Source: Flavobacteriales bacterium
Lineage (GTDB): Bacteria; Bacteroidota; Bacteroidia; Flavobacteriales_F; PHOS-HE28
DNA: 64,000 nt
Assembly (NCBI GenBank): GCA_016699575.1
Contig: CP064979.1
Location: forward strand, 1,933,796-1,997,795
Reading direction: 5' to 3'
The notes under the pieces were generated by a model. That model searched no databases and was not told the DNA's origin. It was given only the letters and a program-made list of their open reading frames with translations. Below are positions 9,457 through 17,507 of the stretch, one piece after another (position 1 is the first letter of the stretch; every line of letters starts with the position of its first letter). The translations under genes were made by a program, and so were the position numbers.

Positions 9457-10344
9457 TCAATGTGTCTTTTTTAGAACATAGAGCATGCTGGAAGTGGAGC
9501 GGCCAGTACTGAGCGCGACAAGGTTGGAGTAGGTGCCCTTGGCTAGACCCAGGACCAATGCCGGAATGGGGCCCCGGCCGGCGTACCTCTCAGATAGCAT
9601 GGAGATGTACAGGGCGTCGAACCATAACCGTTTGGTGAGCGCGAGGCGAAGCCCGCTTTGGCCAGCGAGATGGTGCAGGTCCCTGGGCCGGAAGTGGGAA
9701 AGGTGACGAGGGACATCGAGTGCGGCCCAGAGGGAGCCGTAGTGTTGCGAGTCCCAGCTGCTAACGTCGGGTACTGCGATCAGGAGGATCCCGTTGGGCG
9801 AGAGCAGGCTTGTGAGTTGTAAAAGTGTCTGGGTTGGATCCGGAACGTGTTCCAAGACGTGCCAGAGTGTAATGACATCGAATCTGTGCTGGGTGAGATC
9901 GGCCAGGGATGGGTGTACGGGGCATGATGCTGTCCGGCGGGCAATTGCTCGCGCCTCGTCACCGGGCTCGACACCCTCGACCGTGTATCCGCACGAACGC
10001 ATGTGCGCTAAGAAGGCACCTGCCCCACAGCCGTAGTCCAATACGGTTTTGCCGGAGGTGAGCCGGGCGATCATGCGGCGTTTGGCCCGAAGAGCTATTG
10101 ATCGTGCCAAGTAGTATAGAGCAGGGACCAGACCTCGAGCACGATTGCTATGACTGATATAGTTGCTGGACCCGTAGTAGCGGCCGAGTTCGTTTGGGTT
10201 CGGGCGGGGATTGGTAAAGGCGAAGCCACAGTGGGTACAACGTGTGAGGGTGAAGACTTCCTTGGTCAGGTAATGGTCAGGTACGTTGAGGAAGGTGTTC
10301 AACCCGCGGTTTTTGCACAGGGGGCATTGCTCAAGGTTTTCCAT
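9457..10344 (-). CDS. Class I SAM-dependent methyltransferase with N-terminal Cys4 zinc ribbon
   Basis: CPLCKN...CTHCGF at the N-terminus. VLDYGCGAGAF is the SAM-binding motif I, followed by FDVITLWHVLEHVPDP. Confidence 0.75.
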   Translation of the reverse strand: MENLEQCPLCKNRGLNTFLNVPDHYLTKEVFTLTRCTHCGFAFTNPRPNPNELGRYYGSSNYISHSNRARGLVPALYYLARSIALRAKRRMIARLTSGKTVLDYGCGAGAFLAHMRSCGYTVEGVEPGDEARAIARRTASCPVHPSLADLTQHRFDVITLWHVLEHVPDPTQTLLQLTSLLSPNGILLIAVPDVSSWDSQHYGSLWAALDVPRHLSHFRPRDLHHLAGQSGLRLALTKRLWFDALYISMLSERYAGRGPIPALVLGLAKGTYSNLVALSTGRSTSSMLYVLKKTH

Positions 10345-10347
10345 GGC

Positions 10348-10364
10348 GATGTTCCACGTGGAAC
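10348..10364. repeat. 17-bp GATGTTCCACGTGGAAC, copy 1 (contains the 14-bp perfect palindrome GTTCCACGTGGAAC)
   Basis: Lies in the 29-bp spacer between the mnmG stop (10374) and the methyltransferase ATG (10344), 3 nt from that ATG. Confidence 0.8.
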
Positions 10365-10373
10365 AAGGAGTTT

Positions 10374-12266
10374 TTATCGGCCGAGGTAGACCAACAGTAC
10401 GGTAAGGTCGGCGGGCGAAACCCCGCTGATACGGCTTGCTTGGCCTAGGGTGGTGGGACGCGCAGCACTAAGTTTTTGACGGGCCTCTATGCTGAGCGAG
10501 GCTAGGAGGGCGTACTCCAAAGCGGGGTCCAGCGGAATATCCTCTAGGCGGGTCAACTTTCTTGCCAAGGCACTTTCCTTCTCGATATAGCCTTCGTATT
10601 TCGCAGTAAGCTCAACCTGCTCCAGCACTTCATTTGCCAAGTCGCCGAAAGACGGGAGCAACGACCACGACGCCGGGGCCAAGAGCTCGAGGTCGCCTAT
10701 GCCCAGTTGTGGGCGAAGTAAAAGATCAGATGCACGAATGCGCTGCTTCAGCGGGGATGTTCCACGTGGAACCAAGTGGGTATTGGCAAGCTTCGGATCG
10801 ACACTTTCCCCACGTAAGCCGATCTGCATTTCTGCAATGTGGCGGATCTTGGTATTGAGCCGTTCCAAACGACCGCGACTGGCCAAGCCTAGCTCAAACC
10901 CCTTTGGTGTAAGGCGTGCGTCTGCGTTGTCCTGCCGGAGCAGGATGCGATACTCTGCCCGACTGGTGAACATCCGGTAAGGCTCTTCCGTGCCTTTGGA
11001 GATAAGATCATCGATCAGCACACCGATGTATGCTTCATCCCTCCCAAGGACGAAAGGAGACGCACCACGGACCTTCAGATGCGCATTTATACCCGCCATC
11101 AAGCCTTGGCAAGCCGCCTCTTCGTAGCCCGTGGTACCATTGATCTGGCCGGCGAAATAGAGCCCGTCCACCAGCTTCGTCTCGAGAGTATGGTTAAGCT
11201 GGGTCGGCGGGAAGTAGTCATACTCAACAGCATATCCAGGCCGGAACATGCGCGCATTGGCGAAGCCTGGGAGAAGCCGTAGCGCAGCGATCTGCACATC
11301 CTCAGGAAGGCTTGTGCTGAACCCATTGATGTATGTCTCGATCGTGTTCCACCCCTCGGGTTCGACGAAGATCTGATGCCGGTCCTTGTCTGCGAAGCGA
11401 TCGATCTTATCCTCAATACTTGGGCAATACCGCGGGCCCCTTCCGAGGATGCGGCCGTTGAACATGGGGCTGCGATCGAACCCGCTGCGGAGCATGTCGT
11501 GGACTTCCGGACTGGTGTAGGTGATCCAACAACTCAGCTGTTTTTCGACCGGCCGGGTAGTGGGAGAGAAGCTGAACTTGCTGGGGTGTTCGTCTCCACG
11601 TTGCTCCTCCAACTGACCGTAATCGATACTCCGGCCATCCACTCGTGGAGGCGTGCCGGTCTTCATACGGCCGGCGGTGAATCCCAGCTCCTCCAGTTGT
11701 TCGGTGATCCCGTGCGCTGCACGCTCGCCCGCCCGTCCGCCTCCGAATTGTTTATCCCCGATGTGCATGACACCCCCGAGGAAGGTGCCGTTAGTAAGCA
11801 CCACTGCGCGGCACAGAAAGGTATTGCCCAATGCAGTACGCACTCCGCTCACCATATAGGTGCCGCCGTTCCGATCGACCTGTAATGAGACGACCTGGTC
11901 TTGGAGGAAATGGACATTGGGGATAGATTCGAGCACGAGGCGCCATTCCTCGGCAAACCGCATCCGGTCGTTCTGTGTCCGGGGACTCCACATGGCCGGC
12001 CCCTTGCTGCGGTTGAGCATCCTGAACTGAACCGTGCTGCGGTCGCTCACCAGCCCGCTGAAGCCACCCAAGGCATCTATCTCCCTGATAATCTGGCCCT
12101 TACCAACCCCGCCCATAGCCGGATTACAGCTCATTTGCCCGATCACACCCATGTTCATGGTGATGAGCAACACACGACTACCCATGGTAGCCGCTGCAGC
12201 AGCGGCTTCGCAGCCGGCATGACCAGCACCAACGACGACCAAGTCGTATGCGGTGGAGTTATTCAC
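10374..12266 (-). CDS. mnmG: tRNA uridine-5-carboxymethylaminomethyl modification enzyme MnmG (GidA)
   Basis: [19 protein letters not shown] motif and full-length GidA-like sequence. The track start at 12290 is a TTG that overlaps a promoter-like box. GTG 12266 (VNNSTAYD) gives the usual short N-terminus. Confidence 0.93.
   Translation of the reverse strand: MNNSTAYDLVVVGAGHAGCEAAAAAATMGSRVLLITMNMGVIGQMSCNPAMGGVGKGQIIREIDALGGFSGLVSDRSTVQFRMLNRSKGPAMWSPRTQNDRMRFAEEWRLVLESIPNVHFLQDQVVSLQVDRNGGTYMVSGVRTALGNTFLCRAVVLTNGTFLGGVMHIGDKQFGGGRAGERAAHGITEQLEELGFTAGRMKTGTPPRVDGRSIDYGQLEEQRGDEHPSKFSFSPTTRPVEKQLSCWITYTSPEVHDMLRSGFDRSPMFNGRILGRGPRYCPSIEDKIDRFADKDRHQIFVEPEGWNTIETYINGFSTSLPEDVQIAALRLLPGFANARMFRPGYAVEYDYFPPTQLNHTLETKLVDGLYFAGQINGTTGYEEAACQGLMAGINAHLKVRGASPFVLGRDEAYIGVLIDDLISKGTEEPYRMFTSRAEYRILLRQDNADARLTPKGFELGLASRGRLERLNTKIRHIAEMQIGLRGESVDPKLANTHLVPRGTSPLKQRIRASDLLLRPQLGIGDLELLAPASWSLLPSFGDLANEVLEQVELTAKYEGYIEKESALARKLTRLEDIPLDPALEYALLASLSIEARQKLSAARPTTLGQASRISGVSPADLTVLLVYLGR
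10756..10772. repeat. 17-bp GATGTTCCACGTGGAAC, copy 2 (inside the mnmG coding sequence)
   Basis: Exact match to 10348-10364. It encodes LVPRGTS of MnmG. Confidence 0.8.
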
Positions 12267-12286
12267 AGCATGTTGAAAAAGGGCGG

Positions 12287-12294
12287 CCAAGTTA
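12287..12294 (-). promoter_or_regulatory. Candidate -7 box TAACTTGG followed by CCGCCCTTTT, upstream of mnmG
   Basis: The minus strand reads TAACTTGGCCGCCCTTTTTCAACATGCTGTG, with 20 nt to GTG 12266. Confidence 0.35.
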
Positions 12295-12357
12295 ACGGTA
12301 CCCCATGCTGCACCAACCTTTGGCGCACTCGGCGGTGCTAATGAACGACCGCGCGGG

Positions 12358-12708
12358 TCAGACGTTCAGCCCCTTCAGCAGTAGGCGCTTCCACTCCGGG
12401 TGCTCGCGCAAATAGGTCTTCACATGCATGCTGACCGGGATCAATTTCCAGCGCTTCTCCTCCACGAACATGAGCGCCTTCAGGACCAGCGCATCAGCCA
12501 CAGGCAGGCCATCCAGCGCTTTGGGTATTTCGGTCTGGGTCAGGAAAATGCGATCACCCTGGAAGTCGTATTCCATGCGTGCCCGGTGTTCGCCCACCTG
12601 TAGCACGAACTGGCGCATGTCCTTTTCATCGATCAACGGCAGCGACTCGAGGTCGGTGGCTTCGGGGGCGGTGCGCTTGGCCATGGTAACGGGCCGCGAA
12701 TTTACCAT
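12358..12708 (-). CDS. GNAT-like small protein (YjdJ / acetyltransf_CG type)
   Basis: [56 protein letters not shown] resembles the YjdJ-type C-terminal block. An alternative ATG lies at 12684. Confidence 0.6.
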   Translation of the reverse strand: MVNSRPVTMAKRTAPEATDLESLPLIDEKDMRQFVLQVGEHRARMEYDFQGDRIFLTQTEIPKALDGLPVADALVLKALMFVEEKRWKLIPVSMHVKTYLREHPEWKRLLLKGLNV

Positions 12709-12831
12709 GAGTTAAGACAGGTACAGCGTCTTTGTGGGGTCCCGTACCGGCGTTCGATGGATCCGTGAATTCGCACGGCCGATCGGCACTGGGCAGGGGT
12801 GAAGACGGACAATACCCTGTAAGATCGGGGC

Positions 12832-14028
12832 GTGCGATTGCTTTTGTTCTGTCTGGGGTGCCTACTGATCACGGTGCCGGAGATCCTCAGGGTCTATTAC
12901 ATCATGCCCTTTCCGGACAGTCAGGAAGACGTGCCCACGGACCTGCGACAGGTCAACATCGCTTACTGGCTGCACAACAACATCTGGTGGGTGCGATTGG
13001 TCGGCCTGACCTTCTTGATCGGCCCGTTCATCCATTACGTGAAACGTAGCGGGGTCTGGACGCGCCTGGTCGTTTTGGTCCCGGTTGCGTTCGGCGCACT
13101 GGTGATCTACGCGTTCAATTTCAAGTTCATGGCCGACAAGATGTTCCTGCCGCCGAAGAACAAAGTGATGCAGCCTCCGGTGCTTACGGACAGTACGGGC
13201 AACGACCTGGCAATCTCGGTGGAGCACAACGGTGACGCGCGCGCCTACCCGATCGAACTCATAGGTTACCATCACCAGGTCGATGACACGGTGGGCGGCA
13301 AGCCGGTATTGGTCACCTATTGCACGGTGTGCAGAACGGGGCGTGTGTGGGATCCCACAGTTGATGGAAGGCAAGAACACTTCCGTCTGGTGGGCATGGA
13401 CCACTTCAACGCGATGTTCGAGGACAGCCGCACGGGCAGTTGGTGGCGGCAGGCCACGGGCGAATGCATCGCTGGGCCACTGAAAGGCCAAACGCTCACG
13501 GAGGTGCCATCGCAGCAAATGACACTGAGCGAATTCGTGGAGGCCCATCCGCAAGGACTTGTGATGCAGCCGGACGGCAACTTCGCGGAACAGTACAAAG
13601 GGCTAGCGGGTTTCGATGAGGGCACCATCGACAGCGAGCTGGAATATCGCGATACCGCGAGCTGGCAGCCCAAAAGCTGGGTGGTGGGAGTGGTGCACAA
13701 TGGTGTGGCGCGGGCCTATGACTGGAACGAGCTTCTTCGTCTAGGGGAAATTGCCGATACCTTGGGAGGGGATACCATTACCGTGTCCATGCCGGTCTCT
13801 TCGGTGCACCTGGACTCTCTGGGGTGGATGCACATGGCCAGGGACTCCTCGGGTTTCGAGGTGCTTCTCCTGTCGACCACCCCCCTTGAACGATTGGTGG
13901 ATCCAACCACGGGTGAGGAAACTGACGCGCAGACCACAAGCAGGACGAGGATTCTCTCATACCAGGAATTCTGGCACAGCTGGCGCACCTTCCATCCGAA
14001 CACGACGCGCTACGTACCCGAACGCTGA
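12832..14028 (+). CDS. DUF3179-family protein with N-terminal transmembrane segments
   Basis: ARAYPIELIGYHHQVDDTVGGKPVLVTYCTVCRTG matches the remembered DUF3179 core. GTG start. Confidence 0.6.
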   Translation: MRLLLFCLGCLLITVPEILRVYYIMPFPDSQEDVPTDLRQVNIAYWLHNNIWWVRLVGLTFLIGPFIHYVKRSGVWTRLVVLVPVAFGALVIYAFNFKFMADKMFLPPKNKVMQPPVLTDSTGNDLAISVEHNGDARAYPIELIGYHHQVDDTVGGKPVLVTYCTVCRTGRVWDPTVDGRQEHFRLVGMDHFNAMFEDSRTGSWWRQATGECIAGPLKGQTLTEVPSQQMTLSEFVEAHPQGLVMQPDGNFAEQYKGLAGFDEGTIDSELEYRDTASWQPKSWVVGVVHNGVARAYDWNELLRLGEIADTLGGDTITVSMPVSSVHLDSLGWMHMARDSSGFEVLLLSTTPLERLVDPTTGEETDAQTTSRTRILSYQEFWHSWRTFHPNTTRYVPER

Positions 14029-14046
14029 GCGTGCCATCTTCGGCAC

Positions 14047-14640
14047 ATGAACGAAGAGCGGTTCGCGCGCATCATCGGCAACATCTCGCGCTGCACCACA
14101 CTGCCGTATGAGCAGCAGCAACGGTTCCTGGAGGCGCTGGAGGTAAAGCAGGTGGTCAAGAAGACCTTGATACTGCGCGCCGGAGAGCAGTGCGATTTCG
14201 AAGCATACGTGAACAAAGGCTGCGTGCGCAGCTACTTCCTGGATGCGCACGGGCATGAGGTGACGCTACAGTTCGGTGTAGAGGACTGGTGGGTGAGCGA
14301 CGTGGTGAGCGTGGTGGAAGGCAAGCCCTCGCGCTTGTTCATCGAGGCTGTGGAGGACAGCGAGCTGCTGTTGATCCATAAGGACAAGAAGGAGGACCTC
14401 TACCGCGACATCCCGGCCCTCGAACGCGTGTTCCGCATCATGCTGCAGCGCAACCTCGGCGCGCTGCAGGACCGCCTGTTCGCCACCATGGCCTGGCCTG
14501 CGGAGGAGCGTTACGAGGCGTTTTTGAAACGGTTCCCGGACCTGCCCAACCGGGTGCCACAGCACATGATTGCTAGCTACCTGGGCATTACCCCCGAGTT
14601 CCTGAGCAAGCTGCGGGCGCGCCGTGTCGGCAAGACCTGA
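14047..14640 (+). CDS. Crp/Fnr-family transcriptional regulator
   Basis: 197 aa, with a cNMP-binding-like N-terminal half and a C-terminal HTH (IASYLGITPEFLSKLR). Confidence 0.8.
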   Translation: MNEERFARIIGNISRCTTLPYEQQQRFLEALEVKQVVKKTLILRAGEQCDFEAYVNKGCVRSYFLDAHGHEVTLQFGVEDWWVSDVVSVVEGKPSRLFIEAVEDSELLLIHKDKKEDLYRDIPALERVFRIMLQRNLGALQDRLFATMAWPAEERYEAFLKRFPDLPNRVPQHMIASYLGITPEFLSKLRARRVGKT

Positions 14641-14713
14641 CAGGTCTTCTTGTCCCAGTTCAATGATGCCGCGTTGGTGATCACGGGATCTTTGTCCACA
14701 CAAACCAGCAACC

Positions 14714-15574
14714 ATGGATCGCAAGGAGTTCCTCAAGAAAAGCCTGCTCGGTGCGGGCGCCGCCGCGATCGCCGGGCCAGCGCTGCAAGCCCAAGAGGAT
14801 ACCGCACCAGCCGTACTGGGCTTCGAACATCTGCCTTCCGCAACACCGCACATCATGGCCAACACCGTCCTGCACAAAGCCGCCACACGCGGCCTCGCCG
14901 ATCATGGTTGGTTGAACAGCCACCACACCTTCAGCTTCGCCAACTACTACGATCCGGATCGCATGAATTTCGGAGTGCTGCGCGTGCTCAACGACGACGT
15001 CGTGGCTCCGGGCATGGGCTTCGGAACGCACCCCCACGACAACATGGAGATCATCTCCATCCCGCTGGAGGGGGACCTTGAGCACAAGGACAGCATGGGC
15101 AATACGGCCGTGATCCGCAACGGCGATGTGCAGGTGATGAGCGCGGGAACGGGCATCCGCCACAGCGAGTTCAACAAGAACGCGGACAGCACGGTGAAGT
15201 TCCTCCAGATCTGGGTCTTCCCCAACAAGCGCAATGTGGCGCCCCGCTACGACCAGATCACTCTTGACCCCGCCAAGCGGCACAACCGGCTGCAACAGAT
15301 CCTCTCACCACGCGCCGATGACGAGGGGGTGTGGGTCCACCAGAACGCATGGTTCCACCTAGGTTCGTTCGACAAGGGTGCCTCGACCAACTACGCGTTG
15401 AAAGATCCGACGAACGGTGTGTACGTGTTCGTGATCAAGGGAGACTTCACCGTGAACGGTGTGGCATTGAACCAACGCGATGGAATGGGCGTGTGGGATG
15501 TGAACGAATTCGCGTTGAAGGCGGACAGCAATGGCGCCGAAGTGCTGTTGATGGAAATTCCCATGCAACGATGA
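14714..15574 (+). CDS. Pirin-family protein with Tat-like N-terminal signal
   Basis: HPHDNMEIISIPLEGDLEHKDSMGN is a pirin cupin metal-site block. The N-terminus is MDRKEFLKKSLLGAGAAAIAGPALQAQ. Confidence 0.85.
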   Translation: MDRKEFLKKSLLGAGAAAIAGPALQAQEDTAPAVLGFEHLPSATPHIMANTVLHKAATRGLADHGWLNSHHTFSFANYYDPDRMNFGVLRVLNDDVVAPGMGFGTHPHDNMEIISIPLEGDLEHKDSMGNTAVIRNGDVQVMSAGTGIRHSEFNKNADSTVKFLQIWVFPNKRNVAPRYDQITLDPAKRHNRLQQILSPRADDEGVWVHQNAWFHLGSFDKGASTNYALKDPTNGVYVFVIKGDFTVNGVALNQRDGMGVWDVNEFALKADSNGAEVLLMEIPMQR

Positions 15575-16188
15575 CCTTCGCGGCGCTTACGACAGACATG
15601 CCGGTCGATATCAAAGGCCTGAAAGCTGCGCCCACGGAGCATGCGGTGATCCCCTTGATCCGGCAGCGCTTCAGTGCGCGCGGCTTCAGTGATGCACCGC
15701 TCACGACCGACGTGCTCATGACATTGTTCGAGGCCGCGGCATGGGCACCGAGCAGCATGAACGAACAACCGTGGCGCTACCGGTTTGCCCTGCGGGGATC
15801 ACAGCAGTTCGAACTGCTGTGGTCTTGTTTGACCGCTGGAAACCAGCCATGGACGAAGAATGCCGGCGCACTTGTCGTGTGCAGCGGCAGCACCGTTCTG
15901 CAGCGCAACGGGGAGCCGAACCACTACTGGTTGCACGATGTTGGATCGGCCAACTCGAACCTTCTCCTGCAGGCGGCCAGCATGGACATCTATGGTCACT
16001 TGATGGGCGGCTTCGACCGGGCCAAGGCAAGTGAACTGCTTGGTCCTGTCGGGGGCAAAGAGGAGATCGCCTGCTTTCTGGCGCTCGGATATTTAGGCGA
16101 CCCGGCGACACTTGTGGAACCGTTCAAGACACGCGAACACACGCCGCGTGCACGTCGGGCACTGGACCAGACCGTAATCGCACTTTGA
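15571..16188 (+). CDS. Nitroreductase-family protein
   Basis: MTFAALT...IRQRFSARGFSDAPL...AAAWAPSSMNEQPWRY is a nitroreductase N-terminal signature. ATG 15571 overlaps the pirin TGA as ATGA. Confidence 0.8.
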   Translation: MTFAALTTDMPVDIKGLKAAPTEHAVIPLIRQRFSARGFSDAPLTTDVLMTLFEAAAWAPSSMNEQPWRYRFALRGSQQFELLWSCLTAGNQPWTKNAGALVVCSGSTVLQRNGEPNHYWLHDVGSANSNLLLQAASMDIYGHLMGGFDRAKASELLGPVGGKEEIACFLALGYLGDPATLVEPFKTREHTPRARRALDQTVIAL

Positions 16189-16245
16189 GCGGGAAACCTT
16201 CGCCCACCAACGTCTGACCTTGATGCTCTTCATCTTTGTTGCATC

Positions 16246-16665
16246 ATGCCGCACGACCCCCTGTTCGAAGAACGCGTCGCCAATGCGCTGAAGGCACAAG
16301 GCGCCGAACCAGAGCACAAGAAGATGTTCGGTGGCGTCGCCTTCATGGTACGCGGCCACATGACCGTGGGCATTACCAACAAGGGCGACTTCATGGTGCG
16401 TTTCGACAGCACGCGCCATGCAGAGATCAGCCAATGGCCGGGGGCGAAACCAATGACGTTCGGCAAAGGCGAGATGAAGGGGTTCCTCTTCGTGGACGCC
16501 GACGCCGTTGCCGCGAAGTCATCCTTGGACAAATGGGTGAAGCTGTCCTTGGCGCATAATGCCACATTGCCGGTGAAGGTGGCGAGTGCAGTTTTGGCCA
16601 AAGCCACGAAGACTTCAGGCAAGAAAAAGCCTGCGGGCCAGCCAAAGGTCCGAGGCAAGAAGTAG
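16246..16665 (+). CDS. TfoX/Sxy N-terminal-domain protein
   Basis: EERVANAL...KKMFGGVAFMVRGHMTVGI...DFMVRFD matches the TfoX_N pattern. The tail is Lys-rich. Confidence 0.7.
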   Translation: MPHDPLFEERVANALKAQGAEPEHKKMFGGVAFMVRGHMTVGITNKGDFMVRFDSTRHAEISQWPGAKPMTFGKGEMKGFLFVDADAVAAKSSLDKWVKLSLAHNATLPVKVASAVLAKATKTSGKKKPAGQPKVRGKK

Positions 16666-16823
16666 GATTGCCGGGTCATTGACCCGCTCGGAACAGCCGC
16701 TCACCCGTTGAATTCGTCGTTGCACGGGATCGCACGTTGCGTCCGGTCGCGCCGTGAACAGCTTTGGTTGAAGAACGCCAAGTGACCGGGTTGGATCCCG
16801 ATCGGCGCGGCGCATCTTTCGAT

Positions 16824-17456
16824 ATGGGAGCAACAGCGCAACTCGCTTCATCGCTCGGTCGCAGCGACGAGCAACCGAACATCGCCTTGGCCGAGGCCAT
16901 CGTTTCCACCAAGGACATGAACAACGTCCGCGAACTTGTGGACCTGCTGAACGCGAAGGACAAGGCGCTGAAGGGCGATGCCGTGAAAACGCTGTACGAG
17001 GTCGGCGCGCGCGACCCGCAATTGATCGCGCCTTTCCTGGCACAGTTCAAGAACCTGCTCACCAGCACGGACAACCGACTGGTGTGGGGCGCCATGTGCG
17101 CCATCGACGCCATCACCTTGGCCAAGCCCGAAGCCGTGTTCATGATCATTCCACAGATCATGGCCGCGGTGGAACGGGGCTCGGTGATCACGCGTGATCA
17201 CGCGGTGAAGGCACTGGCCAAGCTCTCCACCGACGATCGTTTCAGCCGCACTACGATGCCGCTGCTCTTGGAACAACTGCGCACCTGCCCGGTGAACCAG
17301 TTCCCGATGTATGCGGAAGAGGTGGAAGCAGCCACGAAACCCGGCGCTGCAAAACAGGTCGTCTCGGCACTGGAGACCCGCATGGCCGAGATGCCGACGG
17401 AAGCGAAACGCAAGCGTGTGGAGAAGGTGTTGCGGAAACTGGCCAAGAAGGGGTAG
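16824..17456 (+). CDS. Hypothetical helical-repeat (HEAT/ARM-like) protein
   Basis: The coding-looking ORF starts at ATG 16824 (the track start is a TTG). It is a repetitive helical sequence with no recognisable catalytic motif. Confidence 0.45.
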   Translation: MGATAQLASSLGRSDEQPNIALAEAIVSTKDMNNVRELVDLLNAKDKALKGDAVKTLYEVGARDPQLIAPFLAQFKNLLTSTDNRLVWGAMCAIDAITLAKPEAVFMIIPQIMAAVERGSVITRDHAVKALAKLSTDDRFSRTTMPLLLEQLRTCPVNQFPMYAEEVEAATKPGAAKQVVSALETRMAEMPTEAKRKRVEKVLRKLAKKG

Positions 17457-17507
17457 GGGCGAGGCGGGGGCGGTTCGGCGTTCCGTGCTAGCTTGCCGCA
17501 ACCCACC

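Noticed and set aside
10374-12266. Replication origin adjacent to mnmG (gidA), as in many Proteobacteria.
   Set aside because: No dnaA, dnaN or parAB genes, no DnaA-box cluster and no AT-rich unwinding element flank mnmG here. gidA-oriC linkage is not a reliable rule outside Proteobacteria and Firmicutes. Only the GATC-rich spacer at 3980-4413 is odd, and it is reported separately as speculative.
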